This document shows positions 1 through 7,486 of a DNA stretch of 26,625 nt, piece by piece (within the stretch, counting starts at the first letter, position 1; each line of letters begins with the position of its first letter). The translations under genes were made by a program, and so were the position numbers. Source of the DNA: an uncultured virus (IMG/VR IMGVR_UViG_2663762966_000001) (lineage: Duplodnaviria; Heunggongvirae; Uroviricota; Caudoviricetes); the IMG/VR virus record IMGVR_UViG_2663762966_000001, positions 62,001-88,625 of that record. One strand, given 5' to 3'. The notes under the pieces were generated by a model. The model was not told the DNA's origin, did no database searches, and saw only the letters and a program-made list of their open reading frames with translations.

Positions 1-2313
1 GTATTTGAGTTTCTGCTCTTCACTCCAGTGAAATTGATTGATCTCATATGTTAATTCACGCAAATACAATTCTTTGTTTAATTCAGCACGAGCCGTAGCC
101 TTTGCAATATAGTCTTTCTCTTCATTTCCAAAGTTTGCCTTTCGGATTTCAGCTAACTCGCGCTGTAAATCATTTTCAATTTGAGTCAATTTAGGAGCGT
201 AACTATCTGCAAATTGATCACGTAATCTAGCTTGTTCCTCAAACAATCTTTTAGCTTCGTTCGCCTCTTTTATGGCTTCTCGATTTGCTTTGCTTGACTC
301 CGAATTAGACTTACGTGCAGCAGCTGCACTATTACGTTTAGCTTGGGCGACTGCCTCCTCACTTGCTTGGAGTTTTCGGTTGGCGGCAAGATTCTGATCA
401 ATAATTTTTGCATCTTGCGCAGATATCTTATTGCCATTCTGAACATATGCCTCAGCAAAGGCTTTTGCTCTTTCAGGGTCAAAACCATAATTCCCAATAA
501 GTTTGTTTGAAAGCTCTGTCTTAAAAGTACTTTGCTGTAATTTCTTTAGATAGTCACTTAGTGCATTAGTTGCATTATTTGCAGCACCTGCAACACCATC
601 CAAACTGTTCGCATGGATATTATTCTGATTAGCTGCGTTTTGTGCTGCATTACCTTGAAGTTTTGCTTCTATACCTACAGCTTTTAAGCCATCTACCAAC
701 TTTACGCCTGCAAAATATGCCTGATCATACCCTTCAACTTGTTTTTTAAGTGCGTTATAGAGGTCTGGCGGAATACTCATGCCATTGAGTCTTCTCAGTG
801 CTTCTGTGTAGCTAATTGTTCCTAGACGAGCTTCATTGGATATTTTTGTTACCTCTACATTTCCTTGTGCAAAGTTTTGAATATCAATTAAAGCCGCACC
901 TGCTGCTAATTCTGCATCGCGTAAAGCCTTGTTCTGGGCTTCTAACGCAGCTGTCATATCATTTATAGCTGACTGTTTTTCCACACCATGAAGTTTACGT
1001 AACTCTTCTGCTGCTTGATTTGCCACCTCTGCTTGCTCTTTAAGTTTTTGGTTGGCCTTTTCTGTTCGGTCTTGCATATACATGTAGCCAGCAGCTAATG
1101 CTGTAACACCGATAGTTAGAACGCCTGCCCAACCACCTACTAAACCAAAAATTTTAGAACCTACGCTTGTTGCTGTGTTTAACGCATTTTGAGCCGCAGT
1201 TTGAGCTATTACCGCTTGCGTTACTGCATCTGAAGCAATTTTGTATCGTGCATTTGCAGCAGTTGCCCCAAATTTTGCTTGCGTCTCAGCATTAGTCGCC
1301 TGAACATTTGCAAGGTGCGCTTTAGCTTCATTTACTTTTAAAGTAGCGAGGATGAGTGCATCTTGTTTTTGTGCTTGATCAGCAACCTTTTGAGCAGCAG
1401 AAGCAACAAGATCCGATTGAACCGCAACTGTTTTCGAGATTATCGCTTTGGTGATTGCTCCAATTCCTAATACAACTGCACCATCTGCCAATAATTCAAA
1501 GTTGTTAGCAAGACCTTCTATTGAGCCTGAAAGTACTTGCGCAGCACCTGAGCTTCTACCTGCCTCTCCAATGAACTGAGTTAAACTATTGCTTAATAAG
1601 CCCAATGATTGCCCAATTGTTGAATCTGTTTTGCCAAATTGCTTGTCAGCTTCATCTGACATTTTTAATAATGCTTTGGTGACCTTCTCAGAGGTTAATT
1701 CTCCATTTTCTGCCATAGATTTAAGTTGTCCAATTGGGACATTCATCCCTTTTGCTAACAACTGCATTAATCCATAGCCATTTTCCATTACTGAGTTGAA
1801 TTCATCCCCTCGCAATGCACCACTACCAAGGGCCTGACCTAATTGCATAATTGCAGCATCCGCTTGGGCTGCTGTTGCTCCTGATAGCGCAATTCCTTTA
1901 GAGATTGTTTCTGTTAATCGCCCAATATCCTCTTGCGCAAGCCCGACATCTTTGGCATTCATTGCTAGTTTTTGATAGACAGTAGCAGTCGATTCCCATG
2001 ATGAACGCGAGCGTTGTGCAATCTCAAAAGTATTATCCATTGCTGTATTTAGTTGGTTTTGCCCATCTGTCACAAGCTTCAGTTGGTTCTGGATGCCCGT
2101 GTAAGTATCCATCTTTGAAACTGCAGCCCCAACTGTGACCAAGCCAGCCATGTATCCAGCAAGTTGACGTGTAGCAACAGATAACGCATCCATTGATTTG
2201 GTGGCAAAGTCACCTTTACGCTCAATGCTATCCAATTCATTGCCTAGATTTCGTGCATTACGCTCTGCATTTTTAGCATCAATTACAATGACGAGACGTG
2301 ATTCTTGTGCCAT
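1..2313 (-). CDS. Phage tail tape measure protein (5' part; runs off left edge)
   Basis: Not in the ORF track because no stop lies inside the window. ATG at 2313 follows an AGAGGA RBS. Translation MAQESRLVIVIDAKNAERNARNLG...QLGQALGSGALRGDEFNSVMENG carries the tape-measure N-terminal motif and is Ala-rich and helical. It lies downstream of the tail tube and chaperone genes. Confidence 0.93.
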   Translation of the reverse strand, partial: MAQESRLVIVIDAKNAERNARNLGNELDSIERKGDFATKSMDALSVATRQLAGYMAGLVTVGAAVSKMDTYTGIQNQLKLVTDGQNQLNTAMDNTFEIAQRSRSSWESTATVYQKLAMNAKDVGLAQEDIGRLTETISKGIALSGATAAQADAAIMQLGQALGSGALRGDEFNSVMENGYGLMQLLAKGMNVPIGQLKSMAENGELTSEKVTKALLKMSDEADKQFGKTDSTIGQSLGLLSNSLTQFIGEAGRSSGAAQVLSGSIEGLANNFELLADGAVVLGIGAITKAIISKTVAVQSDLVASAAQKVADQAQKQDALILATLKVNEAKAHLANVQATNAETQAKFGATAANARYKIASDAVTQAVIAQTAAQNALNTATSVGSKIFGLVGGWAGVLTIGVTALAAGYMYMQDRTEKANQKLKEQAEVANQAAEELRKLHGVEKQSAINDMTAALEAQNKALRDAELAAGAALIDIQNFAQGNVEVTKISNEARLGTISYTEALRRLNGMSIPPDLYNALKKQVEGYDQAYFAGVKLVDGLKAVGIEAKLQGNAAQNAANQNNIHANSLDGVAGAANNATNALSDYLKKLQQSTFKTELSNKLIGNYGFDPERAKAFAEAYVQNGNKISAQDAKIIDQNLAANRKLQASEEAVAQAKRNSAAAARKSNSESSKANREAIKEANEAKRLFEEQARLRDQFADSYAPKLTQIENDLQRELAEIRKANFGNEEKDYIAKATARAELNKELYLRELTYEINQFHWSEEQKLKY

Positions 2314-2328
2314 CTTACTTTCCTCTAG

Positions 2329-2358
2329 GCAATAAAAAACCCACTCAATGAGTGGGTT
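2329..2358 (-). terminator. Intrinsic terminator closing the envelope moron
   Basis: AACCCACTC-att-GAGTGGGTT hairpin followed by TTTTATTGC on the minus strand, just after the lipoprotein stop. Confidence 0.8.
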
Positions 2359-2373
2359 AGTAACTAAACTTAA

Positions 2374-3087
2374 CTATCTATCAGATTCATCAGCTATGGC
2401 TGCAATATCAGCCGCGGCAGCTGCTGCTGCCACCTCTACGCTAGGCATGGTTTCATTCCAACTTTCGCGTAATTTTTCAGCTTCTCTTTCGTGCTTTTGA
2501 TTTCTATAGACTGTTTCGATTTCTTTATAGCGCTTGTTATCAATTTCATTGAATGGACTATCTTTAGCACCAACAACTCTTTTAATAGCTTTATTTAAAT
2601 AAAAGTTTGAACCTTGAAACTCAGCAAGAGGAATATGTGCAGCCAACCCAATATCTTCACCATCACTTTTCAACTTGTATAGATAAGTATTCAATGGCTC
2701 AGGGCTTGCCTCATCTTTATTCAATCGATAAATAAAGCTACATTGATAATATCCTCTTATTGACGCTCCATATGAGTTATGGGCCTCATAATCAATATCT
2801 ACTGTTAATTCTCGAAACCTAGCTTTCTCTTCCTTGATACTGTCTTTTACTATTCCATCTTTAGTAATGAGATCACCAAATACATCAGCAATATCCTCAG
2901 CTGGCGGGATAACTGTAGAGATATTTGCCTCTCCAATCTTTAGGCTGGATGGGCTTTTTAATGAGTTGGTTAGATAATCAACACACTTATCATAAGTTGA
3001 ATTGAATACTTTTTTATCAACCCCAGTATTAGCTTCTTTGCAACCACCTAATAAAACCACCAAACCAAGTAAAATTAATTTTTTCAT
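2374..3087 (-). CDS. Lipoprotein of unknown function (moron)
   Basis: The likely start is MKKLILLGLVVLLGGC (ATG 3087), a basic and hydrophobic signal peptide with lipobox LGGC. It contains LKSPSS...YEAHNSYGA, a motif pair common in prophage lipoproteins. Confidence 0.8.
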   Translation of the reverse strand: MKKLILLGLVVLLGGCKEANTGVDKKVFNSTYDKCVDYLTNSLKSPSSLKIGEANISTVIPPAEDIADVFGDLITKDGIVKDSIKEEKARFRELTVDIDYEAHNSYGASIRGYYQCSFIYRLNKDEASPEPLNTYLYKLKSDGEDIGLAAHIPLAEFQGSNFYLNKAIKRVVGAKDSPFNEIDNKRYKEIETVYRNQKHEREAEKLRESWNETMPSVEVAAAAAAADIAAIADESDR

Positions 3088-3094
3088 AATTAAC

Positions 3095-3460
3095 CTATCT
3101 GTAAGATTTATTTCCGCCTGAAGTATAGCAATACCTACCACCGCGTGGACCAATACAATATTTATATGAGCTACAAGAACATCCTAATTGTGCATTTTTA
3201 CTATGCATCTTTTGAGATTTTCTATTTTTGCTTTCATTACCTATTTGTCGATCAGCTTGCTCAATTGACTTCCTTATAGAAGGCAAATTAGAGTAATTCA
3301 CCTTTGGCAACTCAATATCGTTTGGATGCGTATATGAGCCGGAAGAAAGTGTTTTTGCAAGTTCTTCCAGTCTATTTGAGTCAGCGCTATCACTATCTGC
3401 AAATACACTAATACTAACCAGACTAAGCAATAGGCACGATAAAATTATTATTAGCTTCAT
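3095..3460 (-). CDS. Secreted protein with C-terminal Cys-rich GPRGGRY motif
   Basis: Signal peptide MKLIIILSCLLLSLVSISVFA. The C-terminus CSCSSYKYCIGPRGGRYCYTSGGNKSYR resembles the GPRGG basic adaptor motif. Confidence 0.75.
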   Translation of the reverse strand: MKLIIILSCLLLSLVSISVFADSDSADSNRLEELAKTLSSGSYTHPNDIELPKVNYSNLPSIRKSIEQADRQIGNESKNRKSQKMHSKNAQLGCSCSSYKYCIGPRGGRYCYTSGGNKSYR

Positions 3461-3462
3461 TG

Positions 3463-3876
3463 TTATTTAATCAACATTGCTATTACAACAATTATCAGCC
3501 AACCAAAAGCAATAAATCTCTCAGTATTGGAGTATTTTCTTTGCAAAGTGAACCATGCAAAAATATAAGGCGCCCATAGAATCCCTATCCATAAAAGAAT
3601 GGAAACTAAAATGTTTCTTTTTTCTTTACCTAAATCTTCTTGTTGTATTAAGTGAATAGGATCATTTAAAGTCCCTTTTGACTTCTTGTAGCTGGTATTT
3701 GTTGTATAAGAAAGACCAGTACCTGGAATACCTACTGTTGTGCGAGTACCCTTCTTACTTACATTTACACGTGCACCTTTCCCACCCACAGAAACACTTG
3801 ATAGCCCTTTTTTACTAATATTGACACGGATTCCAGGAGCAATTTTTATACTTTTTCTAAAATTCAATCCCATCAC
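3463..3876 (-). CDS. DUF4236-domain membrane protein
   Basis: The N-terminus GLNFRKSIKIAPGIRVNISKKGLS-SVSVG...TVGIPGTGLSY is the DUF4236 signature. Two hydrophobic segments lie at the C-terminus. The start may be the ATG at 3873. Confidence 0.85.
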   Translation of the reverse strand: MMGLNFRKSIKIAPGIRVNISKKGLSSVSVGGKGARVNVSKKGTRTTVGIPGTGLSYTTNTSYKKSKGTLNDPIHLIQQEDLGKEKRNILVSILLWIGILWAPYIFAWFTLQRKYSNTERFIAFGWLIIVVIAMLIK

Positions 3877-3881
3877 ATCAC

Positions 3882-4058
3882 CTATCTAGAGCAGATCTTT
3901 TTAGAAGCACTGATGGAACCATCATTACAAACAAACTTACTACCATCGCAATGACTTATCCCACCTTTCTTACCAGAGCACGGTTGTCTCCCTCTACCTG
4001 CTTCCGCAACACTTAATGAGCTTAAAACTAATAAAAGACTTAAAATGACTTGTTTCAT
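3882..4058 (-). CDS. YdcA-family small secreted protein (58 aa, missed by ORF track)
   Basis: Manual translation gives [58 protein letters not shown]. The PCSGxKGGISHC...[16 protein letters not shown] core matches E. coli YdcA as recalled. Confidence 0.85.
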   Translation of the reverse strand: MKQVILSLLLVLSSLSVAEAGRGRQPCSGKKGGISHCDGSKFVCNDGSISASKKICSR

Positions 4059-4088
4059 GGTTTTTACCGTTTATTATAAAGTGTACTA

Positions 4089-4117
4089 ACTTTAACAAAC
4101 TGATCATTAAATGTCAC
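4089..4117 (-). promoter_or_regulatory. Putative sigma70 promoter of the envelope moron
   Basis: GTGACA-17 bp-TAAAGT with an extended -10 TG, about 30 bp upstream of the YdcA-like start. Confidence 0.6.
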
Positions 4118-4120
4118 ATA

Positions 4121-4144
4121 AAGAAAACCCGCACTAGGCGGGTC
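4121..4144 (-). terminator. Intrinsic terminator after the antirepressor
   Basis: ACCCGC-ctagt-GCGGGT followed by TTTCTT on the minus strand. Confidence 0.7.
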
Positions 4145-4152
4145 TTGTCTAA

Positions 4153-5081
4153 TTAACTACTGATATTTGCTTTTAAGTTTCTGCCAATATCTAGAAGATC
4201 ATTACTTCGTGAAAATTTATAAAATTTTTCGAAGATTTCTGATAACTCAATCATATCTACTGGATAAAAGCGCTCTTCCAACCATCGGGTAATTATCTTC
4301 CCATTCTGGAAACTTACATAATAACTTTGCGGTTTTTTAGTATCGCGATAACTCATATCATCTGCAATCTTCATAGCGGCTTCATATGCATATGGACATT
4401 TTAGAGCAGGATAGCGACTATTAAGGTTTTTTAGATATTCATCTAACTGAGCTACAACATCATGAGAATCATGCTTTCAGGCTTAGCATTTAAATCCATG
4501 ACTTCTAGATAGTGCTTAGCATCTTCAAAGTGAATAGCACGTAATTCACGGTAACTTGCTGAGTATTTAAAATGATTCTTTAAACGACTCCACATTTGAA
4601 CAATTAAGTTCTTATTACCATTCGCTCGTGTATGAACAATGTTGTAGAGAACTCCTGCCTGCTCTGGTGAAATTGTTTGCTTACCATTTAATAGCCATTC
4701 CATAACAAGTGAATCGTAAGCACGAATTACCATTAAGTGGAATTTAGGGCTAATCCACATTGCATATGCATAAACTAGTTCCTTAACAACATATGTTCCT
4801 CTGTTGTCACCACCATTGATTACTTTTACGGCACTATGCAAATTTGCAGAGTGGTTCTCTGAAGTGGTCTGCAAATTTGCAGATGCCTCAATTTCTGCAA
4901 TTAAATCTTTAGTTTGTTGGTTTCTCAAAAAGAAAGCTGGCTGGTGCTTTTGGTTGTGCCCACTTGCTTTATGAAGATCACCCAACATAAAACGACCTTC
5001 TTCATCTTGGCGAATCGTAAAGTCACCAATAACTAGAGGCTTATTGTTTGGGTTTAAAAAGTTTTGTGCTAAACTTGTCAT
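4153..5081 (-). pseudogene. KilA-N / ORF6C-type antirepressor, split by a 1-nt frameshift near 4475-4477
   Basis: 4452..5081 has a KilA-N domain (IRQDEEGRF-LGDLHKASG...GTYVVKELVYAYAMWISPKF) followed by an ORF6C-like domain. A -1 shift after codon GAA continues HDSHDVVAQLDEYLKNLNSRYPALKCPYAYEAAMKIADD into ORF 4153..4374, which aligns with the C-terminus of the intact paralogue at 24525. Confidence 0.85.
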
Positions 5082-5146
5082 AGGTTTAATTCCTTAGTGT
5101 GGGTTAAACAGAAGCAGATTGATCTTGGCGGATGTCTGCTTTTTTC
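5082..5146 (+). ncRNA. Putative Sar-like cis-antisense RNA covering the antirepressor RBS
   Basis: Extended -10 TGcTAAACT (5067-5075) lies inside the first ant codons. The hairpin AAGCAGA...TCTGCTT and U-run at 5112-5145 face the plus strand. The geometry matches P22 sar. Confidence 0.55.
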
Positions 5147-5159
5147 TTGTCTATCATTT

Positions 5160-5321
5160 TCATGATTCAGCTTCTTTTGATGCTCTCTTAACTAACCACT
5201 CTTCAATTATCATAGTAAGTTGAGCTGTTAGAGTTCTACGATCCTTTTGAGTTTCCTCCTTAAATCGCTCCAATGTATGTTCAGGTAAACGAAAGTTTAC
5301 TTGAGGGTCTGATCTTGCCAT
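5160..5321 (-). CDS. Arc-family ribbon-helix-helix repressor (53 aa, missed by ORF track)
   Basis: MARSDPQVNFRLPEHTLERFKEETQKDRRTLTAQLTMIIEEWLVKRASKEAES has the Arc-type PQxNxRxP start and a GGAGG RBS. Confidence 0.85.
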   Translation of the reverse strand: MARSDPQVNFRLPEHTLERFKEETQKDRRTLTAQLTMIIEEWLVKRASKEAES

Positions 5322-5337
5322 TTCTACCTCCAAGAAA

Positions 5338-5424
5338 TGTTAGCACAAGCTAACAATTGCTAACATAGCAAATCATTTTACCTTGTGTCAATATACTTGC
5401 TAACAAATGCTATCAAATGTTAGG
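5338..5424. promoter_or_regulatory. Divergent control region: leftward promoter with repeated GCTAACA operator half-sites
   Basis: Minus-strand TTGACA (5391-5386)-18 bp-TATGTT with extended TG. TGTTAGC at 5338, GCTAACA at 5349, 5359 and 5399, GCTATCA at 5409 and TGTTAGG at 5418. Confidence 0.7.
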
Positions 5425-5431
5425 TAATAAA

Positions 5432-5767
5432 ATGTCTGAAGATGTTCAGTTTAATCTTAGGATACCTGCTGAGCTAAAACAGCAAATTGTTGAGGCAGCA
5501 AAAAAGAATAGTAGATCAATTAATGCAGAAGCTCAGTTAAGGCTTGAGAAAACATTTGAGCTTGATAACTTGCCAGAACCAACAAGTCCAAAAAATATAA
5601 ATGACCCCGAAAAATTGGAAAAATGGGCGCAATCAATTCTTAAAGAATTATTAAAACTTAATGATCTTTCTGACCGTATTATAGAATTGGAAGAACAAAT
5701 AGAATATTTTGAGAGATATCAAAATGAACAAGACAAAAGAATCGATGGATTAGAAGGTCATTATTAA
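5432..5767 (+). CDS. Arc/Mnt-family repressor with C-terminal coiled coil (Mnt-like)
   Basis: MSEDVQFNLRIPAELKQQIVEAAKKNSRSINAE is a canonical Arc/Mnt RHH motif. The gene is divergent from the arc-like gene. Confidence 0.88.
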   Translation: MSEDVQFNLRIPAELKQQIVEAAKKNSRSINAEAQLRLEKTFELDNLPEPTSPKNINDPEKLEKWAQSILKELLKLNDLSDRIIELEEQIEYFERYQNEQDKRIDGLEGHY

Positions 5768-5820
5768 AAAAAGCACCTCACGGTGCTTTTTGGCGCAATA
5801 AAAAACCACCTAGGGTGGTT
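5767..5820. terminator. Two adjacent terminators between convergent mnt-like and toxin genes
   Basis: AAAAAAGCACC-tcac-GGTGCTTTTT (bidirectional) and AACCACC-ta-GGGTGGTT with a minus-strand TTTTTTATTGC tail. Confidence 0.75.
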
Positions 5821-6241
5821 ATTCAGTTTTATTATTTGCATCAACTTCAGGAAGGTGAACTTTGTATTTTCTAGGAGTATCTCCAGAGATGTTTACACCC
5901 CGTTGCATTCTTAATAACAATTCTGCACTTACCGGATCGGCTGGACGCCAAGGACCATCGTTAACACAGTTTATCACATGTTCAAAATCTTCTATTTCAA
6001 GTTTTCGATAAAGCACATAACTGTCATGCTGAACAAAAGGATGTTCGCCTTTTTTAACTATACAGGCTGAATCGTAATACTTATCCACATAGAGTGTTGT
6101 GATGTTAACTCTTACAATGCAAATTTTATTACCATAACCAAGTTGAGTGTATTTACTTGGTTCAAATAGTACAACATTCAGATGGTCCTTTAAGCCATCT
6201 GGACGAAAAAAAGCATCCCCAACTTTACCTTCCCAGTTCAT
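5819..6241 (-). CDS. Putative MazF/PemK-like toxin (PanT partner)
   Basis: Pattern VGD-x-F...HLxVVL...VNITT...GEHPFVQHDSYVxY resembles the PemK/MazF fold. It starts 14 bp downstream of the Panacea gene. The fold assignment is inferred. Confidence 0.6.
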   Translation of the reverse strand: MNWEGKVGDAFFRPDGLKDHLNVVLFEPSKYTQLGYGNKICIVRVNITTLYVDKYYDSACIVKKGEHPFVQHDSYVLYRKLEIEDFEHVINCVNDGPWRPADPVSAELLLRMQRGVNISGDTPRKYKVHLPEVDANNKTE

Positions 6242-6255
6242 TAGTAATCAGCATC

Positions 6256-6852
6256 CTAACAACATAAGTTTTTATTTTCCTGATTCATTCTAACTTCAGA
6301 TTCCATATCTTCAATAATATGCTTCTGAAGTTCTTGATTAAATCCCAATGCAGAGAATAAATCATCATAGCGAATTGGAGTGCTACTTGCACCAGGATCA
6401 ATCCACTCTGGACAATGAGTATGAGTCCAATCAACTAAATCCCATCTTGATAAGTGCCCAAATTGTTGCCATACATTATTTAATAAAGAGATATCATTAT
6501 CACTCAATTCAAGCAAATCATCTTCGCTTCGAATCATACTCTTATCTCTTAATGCAACTTCATTATTTGAGCGATCAGATATCCACTCATTCCAAAACTC
6601 TTGATGACGAACAGCCCCATTCATAACATTATATGTTATTGATAAAACAGGACCATGCTTCATGGAAACTAAACTATCTCCAATAAATGGGCGATGAAAT
6701 TTTCTAAAAGACTCTCTTTCAGAAATATAAAGTAATTTCATGAGCTTAAGAATTGGCAAATGTCCATTAGCTTTAAACAGAAAAAAAGCTGCTGCTTGGG
6801 TCAACTTTTTTTCATCAAATAAAAAAAGATTATCCATAGCTGGCAATTCCAT
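6256..6852 (-). CDS. Panacea (DUF4065/SocA/GepA-like) antitoxin
   Basis: Diagnostic motifs LKLMKLLY, MKHGPV and LVDWTH...PEW. The start may be the ATG at 6837. Confidence 0.9.
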   Translation of the reverse strand: MELPAMDNLFLFDEKKLTQAAAFFLFKANGHLPILKLMKLLYISERESFRKFHRPFIGDSLVSMKHGPVLSITYNVMNGAVRHQEFWNEWISDRSNNEVALRDKSMIRSEDDLLELSDNDISLLNNVWQQFGHLSRWDLVDWTHTHCPEWIDPGASSTPIRYDDLFSALGFNQELQKHIIEDMESEVRMNQENKNLCC

Positions 6853-7016
6853 AAGTTTAGACTTGATAAGAGGTGGTAAAGATAAGCAGGGTTATAATTA
6901 ATATTGTATTCGGCACCTAGAGGCAACGTATTTACAATACGTTTACGATTATCGCAGTGTTTATCGTACCTCAATCTAGGCGTGGTGTATTTATACCGCG
7001 CTGCGACTACATTGAT

Positions 7017-7069
7017 AGAATATTTGATAATGACATTCCTGTCAATAAGGAATCTTTACTGGAATGTCA
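7017..7069 (-). promoter_or_regulatory. Putative promoter of the Panacea operon with overlapping inverted repeat
   Basis: TTGACA (7045-7040)-17 bp-TATTCT (7022-7017). Inverted repeat TGACATTCC (7031-7039) / GGAATGTCA (7061-7069). Confidence 0.6.
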
Positions 7070-7147
7070 AGGGCATAGGCGTATTATGTAACATCAAACG
7101 CGCTAAATCACGTCGCATAGTCTAAGTTATGTTCCGAAAGTCAGCAC

Positions 7148-7486
7148 TTAAGTCTTCGTCGCTCGTTGCGTCGCCTTCTTATGAGCCTCATCCAAAAACA
7201 TATCATCCAAAGAGAAGATACAATCATTAAAAATGTATCGCTCAACAGGTAGATCGTATTGTTCTACATAAGCATTAATTGCAGAAATATCTATTGCCAG
7301 CGGAACTCCTTGTTCATAGCGTCTAGATCTTGAAATTGTGTTATATGCAGACAGAATTGCATTAGCTACATAAGAATAGTCAGGCGCGTCCGGAAGCTTT
7401 ACGCCGAGTGCTTCTCTTTGCTTTTTTTCGTGGTCCGTGAGCCCCGCGTATTTATTCGCGTAGGTGTAGAGTGTTGTGACTTTCCC
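7148..7486 (-). CDS. Tail assembly chaperone GT extension (-1 programmed frameshift product)
   Basis: Slippery G GGA AAG at 7486-7480 is in phase with the upstream ORF. The -1 frame is open for about 110 codons (VTTLYTYANKYAGLTD...ISRSRRYEQGVPLAIDISAINAY...KKATQRATKT*). Confidence 0.82.
   Translation of the reverse strand, partial: GKVTTLYTYANKYAGLTDHEKKQREALGVKLPDAPDYSYVANAILSAYNTISRSRRYEQGVPLAIDISAINAYVEQYDLPVERYIFNDCIFSLDDMFLDEAHKKATQRATKT

Noticed and set aside
270..1777. Short ORFs 270..497 and 1589..1777
   Set aside because: They lie in alternative or antisense frames of the tape measure gene.
2405..2432. GCT/GCA trinucleotide run encoding poly-Ala at the lipoprotein C-terminus
   Set aside because: Short, imperfect and in-frame, with no evidence for phase variation.
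6348..7125. Plus-strand ORFs 6348..6626 and 6904..7125
   Set aside because: The first is antisense to panA. The second has a TTG start, no RBS, and overlaps the predicted promoter and leader.
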